Below, in pieces: positions 7,238 to 16,826 of a DNA stretch of 64,000 bases. The stretch spans positions 144,107-208,106 of the forward strand of contig CALVUJ010000024.1 in the NCBI GenBank assembly GCA_944363575.1, given 5' to 3'. Source of the DNA: an uncultured Bacilli bacterium (GTDB lineage: Bacteria; Bacillota_I; Bacilli_A; RFN20; DUOF01). Position 1 is the first letter of the stretch, and the number at the start of each line of letters is the position of its first letter. The translations under genes and the position numbers were made by a program. The notes under the pieces are model-generated. The model was not told the origin of the DNA. It saw only the letters and a program-made list of their open reading frames with translations, and did no database searches.

Positions 7238-10200
7238 TGAACAATTAGAGGCCATTAATTCACCTACTGGAAATATACTTGTAAGTGCAGGAGCAGGAAG
7301 TGGCAAAACAGCTGTTTTAACTGAAAGAGTTATTACCTTACTAAATACGAATATAAAAATAAATGAATTGCTAATCTTAACGTTTACTAAAGCAGCAGCA
7401 ATGGAAATGAAAGAAAGAATTAAAAAAGCTATTAAAAAGAATTCAAAATTAAAAGAACAGTTAGATTTATTAGACAATGCTTACATTACTACTTTTGATA
7501 GTTTTGCTTTATCTATCGTTAAAAAATATCATTATTTATTAGGTGTTTCTAGTAATGTTAAAATTGTTAATGAAGCAGCACTAAAACTAGAAAAATATAA
7601 AATTATTGATGAAATAATGGAAGAAAAATATCATAGTAAAGATATCCATTTTACTTCTTTAATCTATCGTTTCTGTTTAAAAGATGACCAAGATTTAAAA
7701 AATTTATTTTATGAACTGAATGAAAAATTTTCTTTAATAATTGATAAAGAAACTTTTTTAGAAGAATTTTCTAATTCTTTAAATGAACAAAGAATTAAAT
7801 CTTTATGGGATTTTTACTTTAATAAAATTTTAGAAGAAATGACCGTTTTACAAAACTTATATTATGAAATAGAAAATAGTTTAGAAAGTGTTGAAGATGA
7901 AAACCTTTTTGAAAAACTTTCTCTAATCATGGAACCATTTATCAATAGTAATGATTATGATGTTATTGCTAGTAACATTAATTTTAATTTATCAAGTCTT
8001 AGAAACACTAAAAATATTAATGACACTTTTTTAAATAATAAAAAGGAAATGAGTAAAGTAAGAGATAAAATTAAAAAGATGATTAGTTATCCTCATAAAA
8101 AAGAAATTCTTGAAGCTTTAAAAGAAAATCAAAAATATGAAATAGAAATTATTTCAATTATTAAAGAAATTAATAAAAGAATTAATAAATTAAAGTTTGA
8201 TAATCAAATGTTTGAATTTATGGACATTGCTAAATTAGCTATTAAAGTATTAAAAGAAAATAAAGATATACGTGAGGAATTTAAAGATAGTTTAAAAGAA
8301 ATTATGTTAGATGAATATCAAGATACTAGTGATATTCAAGAAGCTCTTATTTCTTTAATATCTAATAATAATGTATATATGGTTGGAGATATCAAACAAT
8401 CTATTTATCGTTTTAGAAATGCTAATCCACGTATTTTTCTAGATAAATATAATGCCTACTTGAATAATCAAAATGGTAAAGTTATTAATTTAATGCGTAA
8501 TTTTAGATCTAGAGAAGAAGTATTAAATGATATTAATCTTTTATTTAATGAAATAATGGTCTCTAAACTTGGAGGGATAGAGTACTCAAATGGGCATAAG
8601 TTTATATATGGAAACATTGAATATGATAAAAATAAATTTTCTAATCAATCAAATAATCTAGAAATATATAACTATGATCGTAAAAAACTTAGTTCGCTTT
8701 CCTTTGATGAAATAGAAGCCTTTATTATCGCTTATGATATAAAAAATAAAATAGAAAGTAACTATATGATATATGATAAAGATAACAATATATCTAAAAA
8801 ACTTGAATATAAGGATATTACCATCCTTATCGATCGTAAAACAGGATTTGAAACTTATCAAAAAGTTTTTGAATACCTTAAAATACCTTTAAGCATTTAT
8901 AAAAACAACGATTTAACATTTAGCAATGAAATACTTTGTTTTAAAAACATTTTCAAACTACTTTTAAAATATAAAGAAAATAATTTTGATAGTGAATTCA
9001 AACACTCATTTATGTCTGTTGGAAGAAGTTTCCTATTTGAAATTAACGATAACGACTTATTTGATATAATTAGTAAAGAGAACTATTTTACTAACCAAAT
9101 ATATTTATCCTTAAAAGAAATTATCGATAATATAGATTATTTAAGTCTTAAAGAAATAATGAACAAAATTATGGAAAAACTAGATGTTTTTTATAAAATA
9201 GCAAAATGTAATAACATTGAAGACACTAGTGCGATTATCCATTATCTCAATGAATTAGTAGGGGATTTAAGTACCTTAAATTATGATTTAAAGAAACTAG
9301 TAGAATATTTTGAAGTCGTAATTTCTAAAGAATTTAAAATTGAATTACCTGTTCGTAAAAACAGTATGAATTCTGTTAAAATTATGACAATTCATATCTC
9401 AAAAGGATTAGAATTTAATATATGTTATTTTGCAGGATTTAATAAACGATTTAGCGAATTTGATAGTAAGAAAAAGTTTTTATATGATGATGAACTAGGT
9501 TTTTTATTACCTTTATTTATTAATGATGAAAAATATAAAAATATTGGAAATTATTATTATTTTGATAAATATTATGAAGAAGAGATAAGTGAAAAAATTA
9601 GATTATTATATGTTGCTTTATCTAGAGCCAAAGAGAAGATGATTATCGTAGGAGATTTTAGTGATACCAAAAATAAAAAAATTAACTTAAATGAAACACG
9701 AAGTTTTTATGATTTGATTAAATATGGAGAGTCTGTTTTAAACAAATATTACCGTTTTATTGATTTAACAACATATAATATTGACCCTAATTATAAATAC
9801 TATCGTCCAGTAAATAATTTATTTAAAAGTACTGCTAAAAAAATTATAAATAAAGAAATAAAGATAAATAATCACGTATTAGAGCGAACTAGTTTTTCTA
9901 AAAAGCAATTAAATCTTTTAGATGAAGATACTTGTAAATTATTAGAAAAAGGTAATGAGTTGCATCATATTTTAGAAAATATTGATTTAAAAAATCCTGA
10001 TTTAAGTATATATAAATTAAAGGAAAATGATTTAGAATTAGTTAAAGGATTCTTAAATAGCCCTTTAATAAAAAACATTAAAAGCGGAAAAATATATCAA
10101 GAATATGAGTTTATGTATCAAGAAAACGATGAAATAAAACATGGCTTTATTGATTTAATGATTGTTTATGATAATTATATTGATATTATTGATTATAAAT

Positions 10201-10337
10201 TATCTAATATCAATGATGAAAATTATGTTAAGCAATTAAAAGGATATAAAAATTATATTACTTATTTAACCAATAAACCGGTTCATTTATATTTATATTC
10301 ATTATTTAAAAAAGAATATTTAAAGATAGGAGAATAG
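7209..10337 (+). CDS. addA: ATP-dependent helicase/nuclease subunit A (AddA, UvrD family)
   Basis: The Walker A motif is GAGSGKT. UvrD/PcrA helicase motifs are present. The C-terminal nuclease motif is IDIIDYK. Confidence 0.85.
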   Translation: MMKMSKNWTNEQLEAINSPTGNILVSAGAGSGKTAVLTERVITLLNTNIKINELLILTFTKAAAMEMKERIKKAIKKNSKLKEQLDLLDNAYITTFDSFALSIVKKYHYLLGVSSNVKIVNEAALKLEKYKIIDEIMEEKYHSKDIHFTSLIYRFCLKDDQDLKNLFYELNEKFSLIIDKETFLEEFSNSLNEQRIKSLWDFYFNKILEEMTVLQNLYYEIENSLESVEDENLFEKLSLIMEPFINSNDYDVIASNINFNLSSLRNTKNINDTFLNNKKEMSKVRDKIKKMISYPHKKEILEALKENQKYEIEIISIIKEINKRINKLKFDNQMFEFMDIAKLAIKVLKENKDIREEFKDSLKEIMLDEYQDTSDIQEALISLISNNNVYMVGDIKQSIYRFRNANPRIFLDKYNAYLNNQNGKVINLMRNFRSREEVLNDINLLFNEIMVSKLGGIEYSNGHKFIYGNIEYDKNKFSNQSNNLEIYNYDRKKLSSLSFDEIEAFIIAYDIKNKIESNYMIYDKDNNISKKLEYKDITILIDRKTGFETYQKVFEYLKIPLSIYKNNDLTFSNEILCFKNIFKLLLKYKENNFDSEFKHSFMSVGRSFLFEINDNDLFDIISKENYFTNQIYLSLKEIIDNIDYLSLKEIMNKIMEKLDVFYKIAKCNNIEDTSAIIHYLNELVGDLSTLNYDLKKLVEYFEVVISKEFKIELPVRKNSMNSVKIMTIHISKGLEFNICYFAGFNKRFSEFDSKKKFLYDDELGFLLPLFINDEKYKNIGNYYYFDKYYEEEISEKIRLLYVALSRAKEKMIIVGDFSDTKNKKINLNETRSFYDLIKYGESVLNKYYRFIDLTTYNIDPNYKYYRPVNNLFKSTAKKIINKEIKINNHVLERTSFSKKQLNLLDEDTCKLLEKGNELHHILENIDLKNPDLSIYKLKENDLELVKGFLNSPLIKNIKSGKIYQEYEFMYQENDEIKHGFIDLMIVYDNYIDIIDYKLSNINDENYVKQLKGYKNYITYLTNKPVHLYLYSLFKKEYLKIGE

Positions 10338-10339
10338 TA

Positions 10340-10918
10340 ATGAAAATTGGTCTTTTTATAGGAAGTTTTAATCCCGTTCATAATGATCACCATAAAATAG
10401 TAGAAATAGCCAAAAGTTATGTAGATAAAATTATTGTTATACCCACGAATGAAAAATATCATTTAAAAAGTAATTTAATTTCTTTTAAACATCGTTATGA
10501 AATGCTTAAATTAGTTTTTAAAGAAGAAGATATTATCGTTAGTGATCTTGAAAAAGAAAAGTATCATTATACTTATCAAAATATTAAAAAAATTAGAAAG
10601 GAATATAAAAATGATGATTTGTTTTTAATAATGGGAGCGGATAACTTATTAGAATTAAAAACATGGAAAAACTATCGTTATCTTTTAAATAATTGTTTTT
10701 TTATTATTTTTAAAAGGAACAATATTGATATAGAGACACTTATAAATAATTGTTTTACAAAGCATCTAAATAAGTTTATAATAGTAAGTAGCAAGCTAAA
10801 TGATATTAGTTCAACTTTGATTAGAAATAAATTAGAAAATAATGAGGATGTTAAAGTTTATTTAAATGAATCAATTTTAAACTATATCAAGAAAAACAAT
10901 TTGTATAAAGGAGAATAA
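10340..10918 (+). CDS. NadD-like nucleotidyltransferase paralog (nicotinate or nicotinamide mononucleotide adenylyltransferase family)
   Basis: The N-terminus is IGLFIGSFNPVHNDHH, which is HxDH rather than the canonical HxGH. A second canonical nadD sits at 14102. Confidence 0.6.
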   Translation: MKIGLFIGSFNPVHNDHHKIVEIAKSYVDKIIVIPTNEKYHLKSNLISFKHRYEMLKLVFKEEDIIVSDLEKEKYHYTYQNIKKIRKEYKNDDLFLIMGADNLLELKTWKNYRYLLNNCFFIIFKRNNIDIETLINNCFTKHLNKFIIVSSKLNDISSTLIRNKLENNEDVKVYLNESILNYIKKNNLYKGE

Positions 10919-10921
10919 AAG

Positions 10922-11404
10922 ATGAACGTAAAATATGATAAATTAAAAGAAGTTTTAGAAAAAATGATAAGCATGAATCATATGATTGCTACAATGGAAT
11001 CTTGTACTGGTGGAGGTGTGAGTAGCGTTATCACTAATGTGCCTGGTGCTAGCGAAGTTTTTCATTTTGGGGTAGTAACATACTCTAATGATTATAAGGT
11101 TAAAATGGGTGTCGATCATCGTATTTTAGAAAAATTCGGGGTATATAGTATTGAAACATCTAAAGCCATGGCTAAAGCTATTTGTTTATTAACAAATGCT
11201 GAAATAGGTATTGGTGTAAGTGGTAATTTAAACATGGTAGACCCTATAGAAAATAAAGGTGGCATCGTTTATTTTTCAATTTATCAATTAAAAGAAAAGA
11301 AATTTTATAGTAAAGTCGTAACAATTACTAAACCCCAACGAGAATATTCTAAAAAAGCTATTATTAACGTTATTATTGACACTTTATACGATATTTATTT
11401 TTAG
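10922..11404 (+). CDS. pncC: CinA C-terminal domain / NMN amidohydrolase PncC
   Basis: The motif MESCTGGGVSSVITNVPGAS and the overall length fit a CinA-C domain. Confidence 0.75.
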   Translation: MNVKYDKLKEVLEKMISMNHMIATMESCTGGGVSSVITNVPGASEVFHFGVVTYSNDYKVKMGVDHRILEKFGVYSIETSKAMAKAICLLTNAEIGIGVSGNLNMVDPIENKGGIVYFSIYQLKEKKFYSKVVTITKPQREYSKKAIINVIIDTLYDIYF

Positions 11405-12093
11405 TTTTCTTCCGTCTTTTTTATTTGATTTAAGAGCTTTATAAGAGCTCTTTTTTCAATTCTTGAAACATACGAACGTGAAATATTAAATTTTTTTGCT
11501 ATTTCTTTTTGCGTTAATTCTTTACCATTAATTCCATATCTCAAATCAATTATTTCTTTTTCTTTATCATCCAAAACATTCAAATTTTCACTTAATATTT
11601 TTAATCTATCATCATGCAAAAGTTTATCTTTTATTGCCTCATCATTAGAAGAAATAACATCAATTAACGTTATTTCGCCACCATCTTTATCTTTTCCAAT
11701 TGAATCAGAAAGGGAAGCTACTTGAAAATTTCTTTTATTAGCTCTTAAATGCATTAACATCTCATTTTCTATACATTTTGCAGCATACGTAGCAATTTTA
11801 ACACCCTTATCAAAAGAAAAAGAATCTACTGCTTTAATTAAACCTATCGTTCCAATAGAAAACAAATCATCTTGTGTTTCACCACTATTTTCATATTTCT
11901 TAGCAATATGCACCACTAAACGAAGATTATGCTCAATTAACTTTCTTCTAGCATTCTCACTATGATTTTTAAATAATTCATTAACATAATAATCTTCCTC
12001 TTCCTTACTAAGAGGTAAAGGATAAGCACCATTCTTCAAATAACCAACAAACAAAAAAATCTCTTTAAAAGTATCAAAAACAAAATTAAACAT
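11401..12093 (-). CDS. sigK: RNA polymerase sporulation sigma factor SigK (pro-sigma-K), uninterrupted
   Basis: FVGYLKNGAYPLPLS resembles the B. subtilis pro-sigK cleavage region. IEHNLRLVVHIAKKYENSG and RSYVSRIEKRAL are also present. It matches SigK better than SigE. Confidence 0.8.
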   Translation of the reverse strand: MFNFVFDTFKEIFLFVGYLKNGAYPLPLSKEEEDYYVNELFKNHSENARRKLIEHNLRLVVHIAKKYENSGETQDDLFSIGTIGLIKAVDSFSFDKGVKIATYAAKCIENEMLMHLRANKRNFQVASLSDSIGKDKDGGEITLIDVISSNDEAIKDKLLHDDRLKILSENLNVLDDKEKEIIDLRYGINGKELTQKEIAKKFNISRSYVSRIEKRALIKLLNQIKKTEEN

Positions 12094-12177
12094 ATAAACC
12101 TCCTATATATTTAATTAAATGCACTTAAAATCTTTAAAATTACTATTATTTGAAGTAAAATATTACTGGGTGATTTT

Positions 12178-12699
12178 ATGTCTAATTTAATACCAACATG
12201 GTATTCAAGAAGTATTTATGATATTGATATTGATAAATTAAAAGAAAATAATATTAAATATATTTTATCTGATTTAGACAATACTTTAGTGGGGTATGAT
12301 ATTCCTACACCAAACGAATCAGTAATCAATTTAGTTACTAAATTAAAAGAAAATAACATCAATTTATTAGTAATTTCTAATAATAGTTATAAAAGATTAA
12401 AAACTTTTTCTAATCCATGTTCATTAAATTTCTTATCAAGAGCTAGAAAACCTGGAAGTAAAAAACTTGCTAACTATTTAAAAGAAAATAATATTGATGT
12501 TAAAGACTGCGTTTTTGTAGGAGATCAACTATTAACTGACATGTGGTGTGCTAATAAATTAAAATGCAAATCGATACTAGTAGACCCACTTCAAAAAAAA
12601 GAATCAATTTTTACTTTTTTTAACCGCCTTATTGATAAAAAAATTCGTAAGAGATATCATAAACAGGGAAGATTAGTTAGCATTATGAAAGGAGAATAA
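12178..12699 (+). CDS. yqeG: YqeG-family HAD phosphatase
   Basis: The HAD motifs DLDNTL, VISNNS and VGDQLLTD are present. It is the first gene of the conserved yqeG–yqeH–yhbY–nadD–yqeK–rsfS operon. Confidence 0.75.
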   Translation: MSNLIPTWYSRSIYDIDIDKLKENNIKYILSDLDNTLVGYDIPTPNESVINLVTKLKENNINLLVISNNSYKRLKTFSNPCSLNFLSRARKPGSKKLANYLKENNIDVKDCVFVGDQLLTDMWCANKLKCKSILVDPLQKKESIFTFFNRLIDKKIRKRYHKQGRLVSIMKGE

Positions 12700-12702
12700 G
12701 TT

Positions 12703-13818
12703 ATGGAAGAAAAATTATATTGTTATGGATGTGGTCATATCTTGCAATCTAATGATGAAACTAAGGCTGGTTATGTGCCTGAAAAAATCTTAGAAACGAA
12801 AGAAAACATACTGTGCCAAAGATGTTTTAAATTGCAACATTATAATACTAATAGTGAAATTCAATTAGTAGAAGAAGATTACATAACTATTCTTAAAAGT
12901 ATTGCTAAAGAAAAAGCATTACTTGTATATGTTATCGATGTTTTTAACTTTGAAGCAAGTATTATTAAAGATTTTACTAAATATGTAAATAATCAAAAAA
13001 TTCTTGTTCTTGTTAATAAAAGAGATTTAATTCCTTCATCAGTAAAAGATGAAAAATTATTAGAATGGATAAAAGAAAAATTATATGTAAATGGGATTAA
13101 AAATATTCATGATATTATTATGAGTAGTGGACAAACTAATTATAATATTGATTTAATTTTAAATAAAATAGATGAATTAAGAGAAGGAAGAGATGTTTAT
13201 GTAATTGGTAATGCCAATGTAGGAAAATCAACTTTTATTAATTCACTATTAAAAAATTATAGTAATGAAACCGATAAATTTATTACTACTAGTTCCTTTC
13301 CAGGAACAACATTAAATGTTATAAGGATACCATTAGATATGAATTCTTATATTTACGATACTCCTGGAATTATTGAAAAGAACTCTATGTTATATGCTGT
13401 AGATCCACATGTTTTAAAATATATTTTACCTAGAAAAGAAATCAAGCCTTTAACTTTCCAATTAAAGCAAGAACAATCATTATTAATTGGAGGTTTAGCG
13501 GCATTTGATTTTGTTAAAGGTCGCGAAATAGGTTTCACTTGCTATTTTTCTAGTTTTGTTAAAATACATCGTTGTAAAAAAGAAAAAAGAGAAGATATTT
13601 TTAATAGTTTAGTAGCATCAAAAAGCATTTTGCCTACTTCTTCTAGAATCAGCAAATTTAGTGATTTAAAGTTAAAGAAAATAGAATTAAATTCTCCTGG
13701 TAAAGTTGATATCGTTATTTCAGGATATGGTTGGATAAGTTTTGAATATACTAATCAAGAAATAGAAGTTTATGTGCCTGGTAATTGTAAAGTATATTTA
13801 AGGGAGGCTCTTATTTAA
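12703..13818 (+). CDS. yqeH: Ribosome biogenesis GTPase YqeH
   Basis: An N-terminal zinc ribbon (CYGCGH...CQRC) is followed by a circularly permuted GTPase with VIGNANVGKSTFINSL. Confidence 0.85.
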   Translation: MEEKLYCYGCGHILQSNDETKAGYVPEKILETKENILCQRCFKLQHYNTNSEIQLVEEDYITILKSIAKEKALLVYVIDVFNFEASIIKDFTKYVNNQKILVLVNKRDLIPSSVKDEKLLEWIKEKLYVNGIKNIHDIIMSSGQTNYNIDLILNKIDELREGRDVYVIGNANVGKSTFINSLLKNYSNETDKFITTSSFPGTTLNVIRIPLDMNSYIYDTPGIIEKNSMLYAVDPHVLKYILPRKEIKPLTFQLKQEQSLLIGGLAAFDFVKGREIGFTCYFSSFVKIHRCKKEKREDIFNSLVASKSILPTSSRISKFSDLKLKKIELNSPGKVDIVISGYGWISFEYTNQEIEVYVPGNCKVYLREALI

Positions 13819-14105
13819 TGCTAACAACTAAGCAAAAAGTTAAATTACGTTCACTAGCAATGAATTTAAGACCCATTTTTCAAGTTGGTAAAGATAGCCT
13901 TAGTGCTAATTTAATCGAGGGCTTAAATAATGCTTTAGAAGCACATGAATTAATAAAAGTTACTGTTTTAAAAAATTGTTCTGATTCAATTAAAGAATTA
14001 GCTTTAGATATTTCTAGTAAAACTCATAGTGAAATTATCCAAATTATTGGAAGGAATATTGTTTTTTATCGTAAATCTAAAAAACAATTAATAGATTTAT
14101 CATGA
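13818..14105 (+). CDS. yhbY: YhbY/CRS1-family RNA-binding protein (YqeI)
   Basis: The LTTKQKVKLRSLAMNLRPIFQVGK motif is present. Confidence 0.75.
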   Translation: MLTTKQKVKLRSLAMNLRPIFQVGKDSLSANLIEGLNNALEAHELIKVTVLKNCSDSIKELALDISSKTHSEIIQIIGRNIVFYRKSKKQLIDLS

Positions 14106-15184
14106 AAAAAATTATTCTTTTTTATGGAAGTTTTGATCCCATACATAATGGACACTTAAAAATTGCTAAAGAAGCTTTAAAATTAATAAAGGGTGATGAA
14201 TTATACTTTGGGTTAAATAAAAACTCACATTTAAAGAATTTGACCCCTTTTACGAAAAGAAAAAAAATGATTGAATTAGCAATTGAACACAATACCAAGT
14301 TTTTTATATCTAATATCCTATTTGATTATAATGATATTGAAAAAACTTATACTGAAATATTAAATAATTGTAATGATGATAATGAATATTATATACTAGT
14401 TGGACAAGATCAATTAGCACTCTTACATAACTGGCATAACTTTTCTTTACTAAAAGAAAAGTTCAAATTTATTATAGCAAATAGAGGAAACATTACTTTT
14501 GATATTAATCCTAATTATATCTACCTTAATAACAAAGTATATAATATCTCTAGCAAAGAAATAAGAGAAGGGAATTATAAAGATATTCCTTTAAAAGTTA
14601 AAGAGTACATCATCAACAATAATATATATTTAGAAAAACAAATAAAAAAATATATGTCACCTAGAAGATTAAAACATACTTTATCCGTAAAAAAATTAGC
14701 ACTAAAAATATATAAATATAATAAAAATGACTTAAATACAAATAAAATAATAACAGCATGTCTACTACATGATATAGCAAAAGAATATCCTTTAAACAAA
14801 ACAAAAATAATCATGAAAAAGTATTATAGTGATAAAATCAAAGAAAATGCTTCTGTATATCATCAATACATAGGAGAATACATAGCTATCAAAAAATTTC
14901 ACATACAAGATAAAGAAATACTTGAAGCAATTAAATATCACACAACAGGCCATAAAAACATGTCAAAATTAGCAAAACTAGTATATGTTTCAGATAAGCT
15001 CGATCCACTAAAAAAATATGATTCATCTTTATTAATAAATGAATGTTTAAACAATCTAGAACAAGGATTTATTAGTGTGCTTAAAAAAAACATTGGATTT
15101 TTACATATTAATGGTTTAAAATATAATCATGGTGATACGAATAGTACTATCGACTATTATTTGAAGGGAGACATATTATCATGA
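14102..15184 (+). CDS. nadD: Fusion of nicotinate-nucleotide adenylyltransferase NadD (N-terminal) and the YqeK HD-domain phosphohydrolase (C-terminal)
   Basis: The N-terminus has the canonical HxGH motif YGSFDPIHNGH. The C-terminal HD domain has HTLSV...LLHDIAKE. The two activities sit in a single 360-aa ORF. Confidence 0.8.
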   Translation: MKKIILFYGSFDPIHNGHLKIAKEALKLIKGDELYFGLNKNSHLKNLTPFTKRKKMIELAIEHNTKFFISNILFDYNDIEKTYTEILNNCNDDNEYYILVGQDQLALLHNWHNFSLLKEKFKFIIANRGNITFDINPNYIYLNNKVYNISSKEIREGNYKDIPLKVKEYIINNNIYLEKQIKKYMSPRRLKHTLSVKKLALKIYKYNKNDLNTNKIITACLLHDIAKEYPLNKTKIIMKKYYSDKIKENASVYHQYIGEYIAIKKFHIQDKEILEAIKYHTTGHKNMSKLAKLVYVSDKLDPLKKYDSSLLINECLNNLEQGFISVLKKNIGFLHINGLKYNHGDTNSTIDYYLKGDILS

Positions 15185-15537
15185 TAGAATTAATTGTAAA
15201 AACATTATTAGACAAAAAAGGGGAGGATATTACTATTATAGATGTTTCAAAAAGAAATCCTTTATGTGACAACTTTATTATTTGTTCAGCAAATAATGTA
15301 CGTCAATTAGAAACTTTAGCTAAACAATTGGATGATAAATTAGCAGAAAATAACCTTCCTACTAAAAAAATTCAAGGAAAAGGTTCAAATTGGTTAATTG
15401 TAGATGCAGGTGATGCTATTGTACATATCTTTACAAAAGAAGAAAGAGAAAAATTTAACTTAGAAAAATTATGGGGTGATTTTCCTATTAAACATATCAA
15501 TACTAATGTAGAGAAAGTTGCTACTAAAAAAAGATAA
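15181..15537 (+). CDS. rsfS: Ribosomal silencing factor RsfS (Iojap/YqeL)
   Basis: The motifs GEDITIIDVS and LIVDAGDAIVHIF are present. Confidence 0.85.
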   Translation: MIELIVKTLLDKKGEDITIIDVSKRNPLCDNFIICSANNVRQLETLAKQLDDKLAENNLPTKKIQGKGSNWLIVDAGDAIVHIFTKEEREKFNLEKLWGDFPIKHINTNVEKVATKKR

Positions 15538-15636
15538 TTTTAAAAAAAAGGTATTATAATCTAATAACCTTTTTTTATTTATAGATTATATTTACATTTT
15601 TTCTTTTTTAAAATATACTTAAAGAAAATAAGGAAA

Positions 15637-16233
15637 GTGATAAAAATGATTCAAGAAAGTAAAATATTATCTCTAGCTAAAAAGAATAGGGGAGTAGTAA
15701 CTACTAAAGAAGTAAGTAACCATAACATAGCAAGAACATATTTAACTAAACTTGTTAATGAACATAAATTATATAGAGTAGAAAGAGGAATTTATTCTAC
15801 CTTTAACAAAAAAATAGACTTGTTTTATAAAATTCAAAATAGTAGCAAAAAAATTGTTTTTTCACATTTCACTTCCTTAGATATACAAGGATTTTATAAA
15901 AACATTGATATAACAGAACAATTGAGCATCCCACAAGGATATAACGCAAAAAATTACTCTAATTATAAATTATTTTATAATCACTTAAATAATTATCAAA
16001 AGGGGATGATAAAATACAAATATAATGATTATACTATCAATGTATATGATATCGAACGTTCAATTTGTGACATAATAAAAGATCGCCATCGTTTTGATGA
16101 AAGTAAATATAATAAATTTATAAACTTTTATTTTAATAAAACAGATATTAATTATAGTAAATTACTTGAATATTCAAAGATGTTACACATAAGCCCTTTA
16201 GTGCATCACTATTTATCATTATTTAAAGCTTAG
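15637..16233 (+). CDS. AbiEi-like winged-helix protein (type IV toxin-antitoxin antitoxin-like)
   Basis: The N-terminal pattern NRGVVTTKEVSNHNIARTYLTKLVNEHKLYRVERGIYS matches the AbiEi wHTH signature. The middle segment VFSHFTSLDIQGF is also AbiEi-like. The ATG at 15646 is an alternative start. Confidence 0.4.
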   Translation: MIKMIQESKILSLAKKNRGVVTTKEVSNHNIARTYLTKLVNEHKLYRVERGIYSTFNKKIDLFYKIQNSSKKIVFSHFTSLDIQGFYKNIDITEQLSIPQGYNAKNYSNYKLFYNHLNNYQKGMIKYKYNDYTINVYDIERSICDIIKDRHRFDESKYNKFINFYFNKTDINYSKLLEYSKMLHISPLVHHYLSLFKA

Positions 16234-16269
16234 TAACTAAAAAAATATTTATACATATTAATAATTAGG

Positions 16270-16749
16270 GTGATATGTATGAATAATTTTGATGAAGGAC
16301 TAAAAGAAACTAGAAACTATTTATATCAACAGGTAGATACTCTTGCACTTTTAAATAAATTATCTACTTCAATTAATTGTGAAATTTTAAATTTAGAAAA
16401 TTATCGAATTAATGTAATAGATGAAAACAGTTATATAATAAAATTTAATTTAACAAGCTTAATAAATAAACTAAAAGAATTTTTAAATGAAATTCATATT
16501 TTAATAAAAGGAAAAAAAGGATTTCCTATCTTTGGGTTAGGGGATATAGAAGCCATCTCGATAATAAAAGTAGCACCATCCACAGACTACAAACAATACG
16601 TAATATCAAATAACTTAAATAAAGAATTCAAAAACTTAAAAAACATTACATCAGAAATATTAAAAAATGCTCAAAAAGAAAATGATTATGACACTTTAAC
16701 CTTAATAGGTAACTTCTCGCTATTTTTAAATAAGAATATAAACTCCTAA
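16270..16749 (+). CDS. Hypothetical protein, putative partner of the AbiEi-like gene; it has no nucleotidyltransferase motifs
   Basis: A 159-aa ORF lies 36 nt downstream of the AbiEi-like gene. No recognisable motif was found. Confidence 0.4.
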   Translation: MICMNNFDEGLKETRNYLYQQVDTLALLNKLSTSINCEILNLENYRINVIDENSYIIKFNLTSLINKLKEFLNEIHILIKGKKGFPIFGLGDIEAISIIKVAPSTDYKQYVISNNLNKEFKNLKNITSEILKNAQKENDYDTLTLIGNFSLFLNKNINS

Positions 16750-16792
16750 ATCATAACTTCGCATAATATATATTATGTAATTTTTAAAGCAA

Positions 16793-16824
16793 TAAAAAAA
16801 GTATTCCTAATCGAATACTCTTTT
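16793..16824. terminator. Bidirectional intrinsic terminator between the hypothetical gene and metG
   Basis: The sequence aaaaaaa-AGTATTC-ctaatc-GAATACT-cttttattt has an A-run and a T-run flanking a 7-bp stem. Confidence 0.5.
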
Positions 16825-16826
16825 AT

